Source: Phoronis australis
Taxonomy: Eukaryota > Animalia > Phoronida
DNA: 64,000 nt
Reading direction: 5' to 3'
Assembly: GCA_002633005.1 (NCBI GenBank)
Contig: NMRA01000088.1
Coordinates: 492,186-556,185 of the forward strand
Part shown: piece by piece, positions 14,307-26,284 of the stretch
How the letters are laid out: every line of letters begins with the position of its first letter
Position numbering within the stretch: the stretch's first letter is position 1
The notes under the pieces: model-generated
The model's database searches: none
The model's input: only the letters and a program-made list of their open reading frames with translations
Told to the model about the DNA's origin: nothing
Position numbers and translations under genes: made by a program

Positions 14307-14540
14307 ATTTGTATCCATCGCAACCTCCGCCACGGTTGCTGACGTGCCAGTCTGCGCCCGGGAGGAAAACGGACTAAACTGCCGCGAGCGTTACCACAGC
14401 GGGACCAAGTGCCAAGTGTACCGACATCTAGCTCAGTCTGTACTTTGCGCGGTTTTCGCCAAATGTATTCACGGTGAATTGTTCATCGCTGACCGAACCA
14501 CTTGCATTGTCGTTTTAACCACCTAAAAATATTAATTGGA
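14307..14540 (+). pseudogene. Frameshifted, decayed paralog of the terminal 8-Cys domain exon (37300-37577)
   Basis: After a tattag acceptor it reads LYPSQPPPRLLTCQSAPG, then shifts frame to EENGLNCRERYHSGTKCQVYRH...KCIHGELFIADRTTC. This aligns to LQQSQPPPLTPACQLPPG DTKGPKCCER...NGTNCRYYLH...PCPAGQIFNAEQSKC. Confidence 0.75.
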
Positions 14541-14709
14541 AGATATGCAAAAATTGACACATTTAGTCTCCCTGACCCTCTAAGTGCGTCTTTCTGTAGT
14601 GAATCTGAAGGTAATCAACCCTTGATTCTTAGTGACATCGACGTCCCTACAAAACCTTGTACTACACTACCTCTGCATATCTTAGTATTCTGCTGACTCG
14701 TAATCCAGA

Positions 14710-15612
14710 GAGGCCCGTTCCAAGAAAACTGACTTAGCTAACAACAAATCTTAAATTTCAGTCAATTTTAAGACAAAACTTAAATTTGTCTCAAGTCCGT
14801 GTCAAGAAATATCTATAACGTACCGAGAGTGGCGTACATGAAGTAATATCTCACGAGACATTCCGCGTATCGACCGAGACCGAATTGTATTTATCCCATG
14901 CGCTTCGAATTCCTAAGTTTCTTACATTTTTGCGGCAGATTTTTCAAATACTTCACCCAGACTGTTCACATGGCGGATCACATCCTATATGTATGTACTT
15001 GCGCGTTAGGTTGTAAGTTTTCTCTTGTAAAAGAAACAGCTTTAAAAGTAACGATTTATTTCTTGAAAAGAGGTAGCAAAGATGAAAACAACGGCAACTG
15101 AGCAGTGAACTTGTAACATCTCCTGGAAAAAGTTAAAAAAAACAATATTTGATATTTTAATTTCCTAGGAATCGGCGCCTGAGTTGCAGACGATATAGTA
15201 TTCGGCAATTGAAAACTGAGGCATAAGTGTCTTATAATTAACAGTTTTGTTCCAGATTTTACGTTAAGGGCCTGGTTGCATGTCGAGCGTCAGTTACATT
15301 GTTGCAACTGTATTACTTTAAACTATATTTGGAAAGTTTGATGATGGAACCGAGTCGACATTGACCTACCTTTTGAACTTTCCATGTCAGAGATCGCTGT
15401 CGAAGTAGTGCGGGAGGTGAATACGGAAAACTTTATTTCATGGCCGTATTTCCCTCGACAGGTTCAACACGCGGGGGATAAATCTTAAGTTTGACTTAAG
15501 TTTTTGACTTGAGTTTTGTCTTAATTTTGATTAACTAACCGGATGTGGAAGCTTCGAAGTTTGGAAGTGGAGACAAATCTTCAAGTAAAAATGAATTCTT
15601 GGAACGGGAACC
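14710..15612. mobile_element. PIF/Harbinger-like MITE carrying a nested insertion of about 670 bp (about 14808-15482)
   Basis: TIR core CCCGTTCCAAGAA / TTCTTGGAACGGG. Both halves match the uninterrupted copy at about 39275-39448 (aaatttgtct.aagtccgt...atcttaagtttgacttaagt...aagtttggaagt.gagacaaatctt). Confidence 0.65.
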
Positions 15613-16872
15613 AGTACAGTTTTCATAATCATCTGGTGATACACGATACGCACAGCCGCTACATCGTCCTCCCGCCAAATGCTTTTACAGGCACGAACAA
15701 TGGCTGACGCTGTGTTCCCGCTGAGTACACTCGCTTTTTTGATGACTGAAGAACTTAATTTCGGAACGAACACGTCGTTCAACAATGACAATCCAAGGTA
15801 AGTGACTTTTTCGTACAAGATAATAGAACATTTGATGAAAAAAATGAAAGTATGCATGTTTTATTTTTCAGCAGATGCCGGGCACAATTCACCGCGCAGA
15901 AAGGATATCTCCTCACCAAACCTCAAATGGCTAAACCAAAGACATTTAAGGTCTCTGGCTAAGCCGATCAGCGCCATCTTGAGGCTTGGGGACTGCCTGG
16001 TCTTCAGCTGGAGGCACATAACAGTTATCAAAGGTGTTTGCTTATCAGAACACACATCAATGGAATGTTCACCTTTTCTTCACTCTATAAAAACCTGCAT
16101 GCAAAGAAAGAAAACTTTTAGTCATTTCACATCACAAGCCTTACAGATGAGCACACTTTTGACCCTTTCACTCCCAATGAAAATCATGTTAAACTATGAA
16201 AAAGAGAGGCAAAAAACGCAAAATTGGCACTTTTCACCCAAAAACCACCTCTTCCGTGCCGATGCTCGACTAAAGACAACATTAGATTCCGAAAGCAAAT
16301 TTCTTACCAATTCTAAAATTGTGGTCCAAATGTAGTGTCAACCAACTAGTTTTTTGCAAATCTGGGTTGTTTGAGTGCTACCTGAAATCGCGGCAATGCA
16401 CTATTGCAACAGGGGACACCATCTTGAAGAAGAGTGCAGCTACAGCCGAGCAAATAGTCTTTTTTCATTTTTAACATGTTCACAAACACAAACAAACCAC
16501 ATTCGCTTGGCTTACCTACAACACCTAACTAAAAATGCCCACAAGCCTGGCCTACCCCTAGATTTTAATATTTTGGCAGTGCAAATTGGCCGCGGCCGCA
16601 GCCTAACTGTTCAGTGCCACCTCAGTCTTGAACGGAAATGGAGTCGGCTTTTGACATAGGGGAGCATATGCTTTCGCCACCTGTTGCGAATTCATAAAAC
16701 TAAGTGAGGCGATGTGTGAAATACGGTTTCAAGAGCAATATTGGTCTTGATAAACTAAACGGATATTTATTTACATTTTGTATCCACTTGAGATCTCGTT
16801 TGCTTGAGAAGATCCTGGAAATGCTGGAAAATATCATATCACATGTGTCAATAAGCCGCAGTGCATTGTCTT

Positions 16873-17131
16873 CATGCGCACACCCAGCCTTTAATATGGG
16901 GGGAGCTCGAATCTCTGACAAAGTGGACCTTTTGTTAACAAAAATAAAACGCGGAAAGACTAAAAAAGAAAAACGGGGTAACACCTTCAGGTTTGTGAAC
17001 TGTGCGTCTGCGCTTTTATAGTGAACTTTTATCTCGTTTTCTCGGACTTTTTGTTTCTCTGAGGCGGATCTGTTTACCAACTTCCCCAAATGGGGGGGGG
17101 GGGGGGGGGGAGNGGGGGGGGTGCGAGCATG
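16873..17131 (-). mobile_element. MITE family B (CATGCGCGCACCC-type termini)
   Basis: Termini CATGCGCACACCC...GGGTGCGAGCATG. The body is the reverse complement of 42938-43198. The 5-bp flanks are degenerate (GTCTT / GACTC). Confidence 0.75.
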
Positions 17132-17484
17132 GACTCTACAGCCTTGAATTGAAAGCAAACGGTCTTCAATTTGACATTGTTTGGGGACACTAGATCGTGA
17201 AAAATAGCATCAATATTTATTCATCAACACTTAATAGTAATGATAGTCCTAAATTTTAGTTATTTAGACCAAAAGTGCAATCTTAAGCATACTCTGTAGC
17301 AGGCTAACTTTCGATCTTAGCTCAGACCGATTTCGTTCTTAATTATGGTATCAAGAAATTTCATGAAACGGGGCTAAGACATCTTAAAAGACAGTTAGCC
17401 CAATTTCAGACAAAGATCCATGAAGCGGTTCATGGTTACATCGCAAGTAAGAACTCTAACAAAATAGTATAGAAGTAACTAGGC

Positions 17485-17784
17485 TGTGAGGAAGAGTTAG
17501 TCAATGGCCATCATACGCACCCAGAAGTGTGAGGATGAGTTAGTCAATGGCCATCATACGTACACAGAAGTGTGAGGATGAGTTAGTCAATGGCCATCAT
17601 ACGTACACAGAAGTGTGAGTAAGAGTTAGTCAATGGCCATCATACGCACCCAGAAGTGTGAGGATGAGTTAGTCAATGGCCATCATACGTACCCAGAAGT
17701 GAGAGTAAGAGTTAGTCAATGGCCATCATACGCACCCAGAAGTGTGAGGATGAGTTAGTCAATGGCCATCATACGCACCCAGAA
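17485..17784. repeat. 43-bp minisatellite, about 7 copies
   Basis: Unit GAGTTAGTCAATGGCCATCATACGCACCCAGAAGTGTGAGGAT at 17494, 17537, 17580, 17623, 17666, 17709, 17752. Copies are head-to-tail with no spacers. Confidence 0.97.
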
Positions 17785-20141
17785 TCGTGCAAAAAGTATG
17801 TAATGTTTCGGCAAAAAACAAGAACTAGGCAATGGAGCATCTAATGGATAACGCTGGAAAACATTGAAAAAGCCTCACCGACAGCGAAATATACATGCAT
17901 GTGGACTCACGGAAATATAAATTTTAATTTATCTCTTAATCTTTTCAAAAGATTATAAGAACTTACTTCAACTACGTGTTTTCTCGCGGGACCTCTCATG
18001 TAACGCTATAGCTGTTTGGATGAGACTACTTGACATGAGATTGTTTAGGATTATCTGTAAAAGATTTATGGATTTCAGGGTCAAAAAGGACCATCGTAAA
18101 CGAAGATTAATGGATCTTTTAATGCATGTTTAAATCTAAATTTGTTTTAACGGCTAAGAATGAAATGCACCACAATTCCTGTGAACACGCCTGAATTGCT
18201 GAAAATTGCTTGGGGGGAGGGTGAATGGTCTGTGGGATACCCCGACTGTCATGTTCTTCCCGGATGGCATTTGCGCTCATGCCTGCCGGAAATACGGGAC
18301 TTTTAAGAAAATCATGCATCTCAGCATGTGGAAATTAGAAGGCCGTCTTTATAGCATGCAATTATAGTATATGAGATCGTTTTAACATAATAAGGGTTCA
18401 TTGTTTCTGGTGACTTTCTTCACGTGTCCGCAATAATGCACGTGACATCTGTGATTTATAAACTATTTTTTGCCAGTTATATACCAATATTGCAAGGAGT
18501 TAGTGTTTCAGTTAAGTGTGTTGCAGATTGAATAACGGTAAATGTTAATCATTTGGCCCTAAACATCAAAGTTTTAGAGGATTTTTGCCAGTTTGAAGTA
18601 GCTCTTTAAAAAAATGATGTTTCAGCGCATTTTGACGTGGGTTGACGAAACTCGAGCAAATCTATTAGCACATGCTTTCCAAAACAGCAATTGAAAGTCC
18701 ATTTTTCTTCCGTCAACCAAATTCTCATCGCAGGGGTGTCCACAATTGGCTACTGTCAGTTGCTGCCACTTGACACATTGCTAGGAATTCAGGACTAGGC
18801 TTTTGCGCGTGCGCGAAACTCAGTCACTCGGTTCCATCTGAAATGCTTGATCGTGATTCTCCCCAAAACTCCTTAATTCGAGACTTAACAAGTTTGTTAA
18901 TGAGCATCGAGAATGCAGACATATGTAATGATTAACACGTTAAAACTTCAGTGAGATTCTGAAAAAACCGACCAGTCTCCTTAGTCGAGTGGAAATTGGG
19001 AACATTTTCAGTTTTTTGGAAATTCAACAGACTGTTCAGAAACACGAAACTCACTGACCACTTTTCTTGAAAAAACGCCTTCACCGACAATTAGTTGCCG
19101 ATAGCACCTATAGGTGGCAGTAGCATTATAAATTGAAGTCCAAAGTTTGGAGAAATTTGGCGAGTTGTTGTTGGTATCAGATCCACTCCAATGTACTCTT
19201 TGAGGGCAGTAATGGTTTAGATTTTTAATTGTGTAACCCTTACAATGTAAAACTTCTAAAATTTACAAGTCAAGAAGATAGATCGCGCGACATTGCTTCA
19301 GTTGACAAAAATGACGTCGTTATGACTTGAAATTAAGTTCTTTCAGTGTCACACTTAGCGTAATCTTCAAAAACCTTTGTTTTGGGACGACAGCATCTTT
19401 AGAGGTTGTACAGTACGGCGACTTAGTGTTCCTAAGTTCGCGGATCGCTTCACCTCTGCAAATTTTATGTACTCAAGTTTGAAGATGGAGAACTTGACTT
19501 GACGTAATTAATGCATTGTGATTTTGATGAAAGTCAGAAGTTCATGTCGATCTACTCTTTAATAAGGAGCGCGGACATAAAAATACAATTTCTGTTTTTG
19601 AATAGCATTTTTATCTTCTATGAACAAAAATAAACCGTTCTCTCTGTTTTTGCATGACTACTGATTTTTCCATGACCCAGTAGTTCTTGATGTTCTTGCA
19701 GTGACACCAGATCAAGTGAAAAGATAACAGACGCAGCAAATTTCAAGAGAGCAAAACAGAAGACCACAGTAGTGAACATGCAGAGGCAAAAACAATACAG
19801 TTTTATCGTTTAACAGTTCATTACAACAAAAGTTTTTTTTAATAAAAATGATGCGACCAATTGTGTCTAACTTTTCGACGATTGCCTGAATAACGTGAAT
19901 TTAATCTGACAAACTTGACCCGAACGTGCCGGGTTCTGCGATCTGTGTGCGCACCCGTAAGGTGTGTGCTCTCTTCATGTGATATTACACCAAGGAACAC
20001 GCTTTATCAAATACTGCTAAGACGGTCGTAACTTCGCGGCTTTAATTTGCCGACACTTCATTAACGTGACGGCGGTCGTTAAGTCATGTCATACAACGTA
20101 CATGTACGTGATGTTCGTTGTGGGTTACTGTATCAGTATTA

Positions 20142-20847
20142 GGTATTGTTCTAAAACCCCCTCGAGCCCCACACCGCATGGCCCCCTCGACCCACGATCC
20201 ACGACCTAATCGGCTGGCTTTTCCCTGTTTTTGCAATTAAGAGAGTCGATTCGGCAAGTTTAAAAGCCAAAAACAGAAAAAAACAACTCGACCAAATCAA
20301 ATGAAAGACCTACCAAAGTTACAAATGTCGTTTCCGGCAGAGTGTAATCGTCTCGTCTGCTCTTCCGTGAAGGGCAGATTTAACCTTCTTTACGGATACA
20401 AAACTTTTAATTTCATCAAACAAAGGGTTAACTGAAAAGTATTTCAACGTTATATGGAGTATATTGTAAACGAGTATACAACAAAAAGCAAATAATAAAA
20501 TGTGAAATTATGTACGTCCACGTTAACGTACTCTCCCCCTCAGTTTAGTAGAACTGGGCCAATGGAACTGGGCCGCTCGTGGAACTATTTTCGTGACGAT
20601 AGCGCGCTCCCAATATGCACTATTTCAGATCACGTTCTCACACCACTTTCTGTTATTAATCACCAGATTTGAGCCAGAGCAGACTCGCGTGTAGGTATGT
20701 CTAATGGGAAAGTCACTCACCTACGTAATAAAATCATGAAATATGTAAAAAGCGCAAAAATACCTCTGTTGGGTCGAGGGGGTTGTGGGTCGAGGGGGTC
20801 GAGGAGTGTGGGTGTCGAGTCGGTCGAGGGGGCTTTAGACCAATCCC
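20142..20847. mobile_element. Non-autonomous DNA transposon with TIRs of about 24 bp and subterminal CCCCCTCGA repeats
   Basis: Left end GGTATTGTTCTAAAACCCCCTCGA versus reverse complement of the right end GGGATTGGTCTAAAGCCCCCTCGA. No clean TSD. Confidence 0.6.
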
Positions 20848-23800
20848 ATGATTAGTAATATGCAAGTGGATTACCACGAGGGCAAAGCAAAAGATCAAAT
20901 CGTCTCGCAGCGTCATGTTTAACGTGCCTACGACCGTCTTAGCCTCGACCGGACTTAACATTTGTGAATTTTGATAAAACGGGCTCCGGTGCAATTACTG
21001 CTAATGTTTGAAGAATTGTAACTTTCACTGTGGTGCAGTAATTGAATGTCGATGCCACGACATCAGGGCCGAGTTCAATAACGTTAGTAGGCCTACCTCG
21101 CTAGGAAACCAAGACATCACGAGACTCCATGAGATAATACCATGTATTTTCAACGACAGCACGTGATCTGGGCTTGATGTTCTCGCTGCGAGACACTTAT
21201 CGAACTCCACCCAGGATTAGTGGACACCACTGCGCATGATCAAGTTAATCTTCAAAATAATGCACTACGGCAATAATGGGCTTTTGAACGTTTCCACCGG
21301 ACAGCTAAAATGGCACTTTTACGAAACAGAGCTTTTTGCTTTGGCAGAACAGCCTTAGAGGGTTCCAATCACACTTCAGCTGGAGCGCATGTCTTAGAAT
21401 AAACTCAAAAGACGTTTTCCCGGCCATCTTCAACACAATCGTTCTCACAGGCGTTAAGTTATGGGCACACCTCTCCCTAGTTACATTACATCATAGCTCG
21501 CTTCACCAATTCATCGTTAGACATTTTCAGTTGCTTCCTTCTATTTCCAACTAGTTGCTGAGTAATTTATGTGTAGAACTGTAAAGAGGGCGTTACCAGA
21601 TCAAGGCGACCAGCTTTTTCGACCCGGCGATATTGAAAACTACGGGTATCTAGTGTATAAAGCATTGGTTTATTGCATAAAACTTATTAACTACAATATC
21701 ACTTACACGCAATCAACGTCCATCGCATACTCTATTCTCGCGTCAGACCAGTCAATCGCGCTCACTGGAACGGGCCGGATTAAGAAATGGAAGACAATTT
21801 GAGAATGAGGCCGTAGTGTTAGGGGCTAAACTAACGTGGTTAAAGCTGGACAGAAAGTCCCGGTACCCCACGAATGGCTGAAACTTTTGGTGGGGGTGGG
21901 GATATTGGGCCGGGTAAACTACCGCGGGCAAAACCGGGCACAAGGTCCCAGTTTATGTACGTCACGAATTGTTCAGCAATTTAAAGAGTGAGTACCGATG
22001 TGAGCTCCTCGGATTCTGCAACTGGACTACCACCAAATCGTAAGGCTAAGTCGGAAGTATGGCCAAATACGGTCATGTCCAGGAATATGAAGTAGACCCC
22101 TCCCTAGAAGGTGCACTGTGTTCAACTATAGACACTCTTGCCATTGTCAGGAACACACCTGTTACAGAACATTCACGGTTTCCCTGAAATTAACCTAAAA
22201 AAATGCGTGCCGTGACGTCGTAGTGTTTGCAACGAGCCAATGAGAGGCTGAATTGGACTTGCCTTTTACGATGCTTCTGGATGAACTCAAGTATTTATAC
22301 ATGTAGCTGTTTTTAGTACTTTTGCCAATTTTGTGATAGTGTTCGTGATAGAGATAGACCTCATGATACTGTAGCAGGACCATTGATACTGGTTCAGTTA
22401 AGCACCATACAGTGTAGGTTTATATATCTGGTAATGCGTTACCGGCTTAAACGTAGCATACATGGCTAGAATCGACGTTTAACGTTTTGTTCAGGCGTGA
22501 CGCAAGTGTAGACCATCTCAGAAATGACGCATGCGACAATAAACTGAATAAAAACTACATGCTGAAATTTTCACTTCAACGTTCTAACCATTTTCACCGA
22601 CATATGCGATTTTCTTAGAAGGTAGATAGGACGCTTAATCAAGGGTTGACTAGGCGGTTAAAACGAATTATCACAAGGCGTCATCTGTTGTCTTTCCAGT
22701 ATCAAGGATAACATTCCAACATTTTGCATATTAAAGTGTCAAAATGCTAATATTCAGGTGACTCACGTGCGATCAGATGCCGTCTGATGTGGGAGAGGAC
22801 GACGAAAAGGCAGAGGAGACGTATGACGGGCGTTGACAAGTGAATTTCGGTCAGCGGATAATACGTCCGATCCGGATTGCATGCAGACGACGAATAAGAA
22901 AAGTACCGGATTTCCTTGAGACCAAGATTGGACATTTTTAAAATTTATTCATTCATACTCACAGACAATATAAACAAGCGGTAAAATTGAACTGGGATAA
23001 ATACGAACAATGTTAATATGATGTGCTTTCCCAGGCACAGAGTCACATTCACTCTGGGTCACAGAGTCAGGTTCACCCTGGGTCACATAATGTTTGCAGT
23101 CTCTGCAAACAAAAGAACCATGGGAGTCCATCGACTGTTGAAAACTTGCAATTTCTCAATTTTGTAATATTCAAATATTTCTGTTTTTAGTAAACTGAAA
23201 CATGGCAAGCATTTGACAAATCTCTGGCGGTATATGCGATACTTACCTAAGGTTATTGCTAAATTAAAAGTTTTTGGTCCTGTGAATGTGACGAAGATTA
23301 CGTCCTCAATACCAAAAGTTTAAGACAAGTTAACTCTTTGATTTATCCAATGAAATAACGAGGACCAAAAAGATTGCACCCATTTACATGACAAACTAAA
23401 ATGAACAATTTCTCTGGTTGCTATCCGCGAAACCTACCCGCGAAACTTCTACTCCAATTTTCAAGAAAAAGGTGAGTGATAAGGATTCTATGAGTCAAAC
23501 GAATTTGAATCCACTTTAAGTTTGAACCATTCGTAAAATTAACAGCACAACTGTGGGCTTTCCGCCACCACTCGTCAGTTAGCGAAGTATTTAAAACTGT
23601 CTCTCATTTTTTTCAACTTTTGTTATTTGTGCAATTGCTAATCAAAGCCTTATAAACAAATTTTCCTGACCTCGTCGAAAGTAAGATACGTGAAAGTATT
23701 GTGATTTTGTGTCACAATTAATTATGCATTTCCCAAAGGTAAAATATCCGATAATTATATAATACCAATCACTGCCAACAGCTTTCGTGACTAAGATTTC

Positions 23801-24121
23801 ATAAAATGTATTTGACTCAGTCACGAAACGTCGGTATTTCCAAAACAAGTTGACAAGTAACGACCTACTTAACCGATTTATGAATTTCAGGTACATGTTT
23901 TTCCTCATACATGAATCTTATTACCATTAAATTACGCTCGCTTAAGGTGTTTACCGCTAATGTCCTGTTTAAAAACACGTTTTTGTCTGAAAATTACAAA
24001 ATAAGTTCACTTGAAACGAAAACAAATGAGCCCGTGTCTGGTTGACGCGCGTTAAAAAGAAACACCACAAAAAGCACATAATTCATCAATATATCGCCGA
24101 ATGAACAACCAAGGATTCGAC

Positions 24122-24198
24122 TATAAAAACAGGTGAAAACGGTCAAAACCGTCGTTTGAGAACTGACTGCTGGGCCCGGGTGCGAAAAAATTGTTCAC
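24122..24198 (+). promoter_or_regulatory. TATA box and probable non-coding first exon of the secreted 8-Cys-domain gene
   Basis: TATAAAA at 24122-24128; donor C|gtaaga at 24199; a strong acceptor (tatttcag, ending 24628) leads directly into the ATG exon. Confidence 0.5.
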
Positions 24199-24629
24199 GT
24201 AAGATTTAGTGATCTCATTTATGATGGACGTGGATGGAAATAATAAACCCTATATTCGAATCATCCGTACTTCGAATCTCCCTTTAAATTCGATTTCACT
24301 GCCTGTAGACGTTTTTAGTTTCTTTTAGTTTTGTGTGCCTGTGTGTACCAGCTATGTTGTGAATTATATTGTATTACAGACTACTGTATTGGTATTTAAT
24401 TAATTAATCAACGTTGAAATAATCTTTCAATTAGAAACTGCTGTTTGTATAAGATACAGTGTACGGAATCAGTCAAATATATTTCATGGTGACTCTTTGA
24501 AGGACGTGCGTCGTGCTGAAGGAAACCGATGTTCCTGGTTTGGTACAGCAAAGCAGTTCTAAATCACTACAATTTCTCTACCTTCTAAGCTCCTACATTG
24601 TTCATTAAAGTGTGTTTGTTTATTTCAGG

Positions 24630-24675
24630 ATGAAGTCAGTTTTGAGCCTGGTATTTCTAGGACTGTTTTATGAAG
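24630..24675 (+). CDS. Secreted tandem 8-Cys (ChtBD2/CBM14-like) domain protein, signal-peptide exon
   Basis: tatttcag|G ATG AAG TCA GTT TTG AGC CTG GTA TTT CTA GGA CTG TTT TAT GAA G|gtgagt encodes MKSVLSLVFLGLFYE with a phase-1 end. It splices in frame to 31086 to give MKSVLSLVFLGLFYEVLS, a typical signal peptide. Confidence 0.75.
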
Positions 24676-26284
24676 GTGAGTTCATCATGATGTAACGTTT
24701 TCGTGCGGTTGTATATAAAAACGGATAGAAATTTCACGGAAGACGCTACAATCCATCACATAGTCACGTACATGTACATTTAAAATTGTTGCGCTTAATG
24801 GGATTACTATTATTTATCAGCGTTTCCCATCGTTCCTTCGATTTCTCTCACCGCCCAATAGTGAACACGCAACCTAGTAGGTGTAAACGGTAAACGAATA
24901 CCCCCGAATTGTGTTTGGCTTCTAGAAGGAAGCGCGATCGCCGGATCGACTGAAGCCACGACCCGGTAACATATAAAAAAAAAACACGCCGGGGTTTTGC
25001 TGCCGGGTGGGGGAGGGTGTCCGAGCGGCCGCTTTCGATTTGTTTTTGTCCGACGTACTCGAAGCCAACATCCGGGCCCAAAGTTAACGTTTTAATACAT
25101 AAATTTTATTTCATTTTAACATGGTCTATAGCACACAGGCTTACTTTTATCTTAGCCAAAACCACTCGGAAATGTGACATTCTGCATTTCAACGCTGACC
25201 GTGATCACGTAGGCTTAAATTGATAAATTGCTATTTTGTTTATTTTTTTTTTCGAAATTGAAGATAAGTCACATTTTGGCCAATAAAATGCCTCTATTTT
25301 TACACACTTACAGGGATGAGGTCTGGATAAATCATGTTTTGTACACTAGTGAAAATAGCTATTATTGCCATTTTTCATGAAATCGATGTAAAAAATGTCA
25401 CGTAACTTCAAAATCAAAAGCCATAATTCAGTTTGACTGACTCATCTACACGTTGAGTACACCGATTCGTATCACACTTCACAAGGACACGTCACGTTGA
25501 CTGCAGTAGGCGCGTATTGCTGTTCTAATCACTGTATGCAAATAGTCTACTGTATGCAAATACAGAGGACTACATGTAATACCATGTCACGTGGTGAAAC
25601 ATGCTTTGCGTGTACTGGCGGTATAGTAATTCAGTCACGTGGTTGTGATTTTTAAGCGACAATTCTTTGTAGCTGCCCATGTTAAACTGGTTATACGAAA
25701 ATCGATTTAAGCATTTTACTCCCCTAAAATCAATCTCACAACATTCTTTACCCTGATAAGACTCTTTTCGCGTTACAAACAAGAAAATCCAATTCAGCAG
25801 TGGATATTTTTATTAATTTTGACTTGTAACTGACAGGATTTTACGAGTTTTTTTTTACAAAACTGTTGTACTTTTGCCACAAACACGTCATTGGCAAAGT
25901 TTCTCATTTTCCTGTTGACACCGATTTTATTTTCCACAATAGAACAATGTAGTTAGAGAATTCAAAGAGACGTCACGGTGGCTTAGACCCGAAATAAAGG
26001 TCATTATTCGTGCTGGTGTATAACTCACAAAAATCAGTTTAATTTGAAACTCCTGTCCAGCAGCGGAGGAACGGAATGCAAGGTAAGAACGAGGTTGTGA
26101 CTTGTTTTTACGAGTGAAGTTTTTAAAATTTGTCATATGTTATACGTCGTCAGCTTGGCAGATGTCGCGAGAATAAAAGTTTATTGAGACTAGAGTGCGT
26201 TTGCAACACAGCAAGCTCAGTAGATCACAAGCGGTGGTGTTGTCGAAAGGTGGCTAACCAGTCGTGGACGGAAATTAGAGTTAA

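Noticed and set aside
15802-16335. Longest ORF in the track (177 aa)
   Set aside because: No recognisable domain; it starts inside an apparent intron and runs into repeat-like sequence.
17485-17784. Regular 43-bp repeats as a CRISPR array
   Set aside because: Units are contiguous with no unique spacers, the context is eukaryotic, and there are no cas genes.
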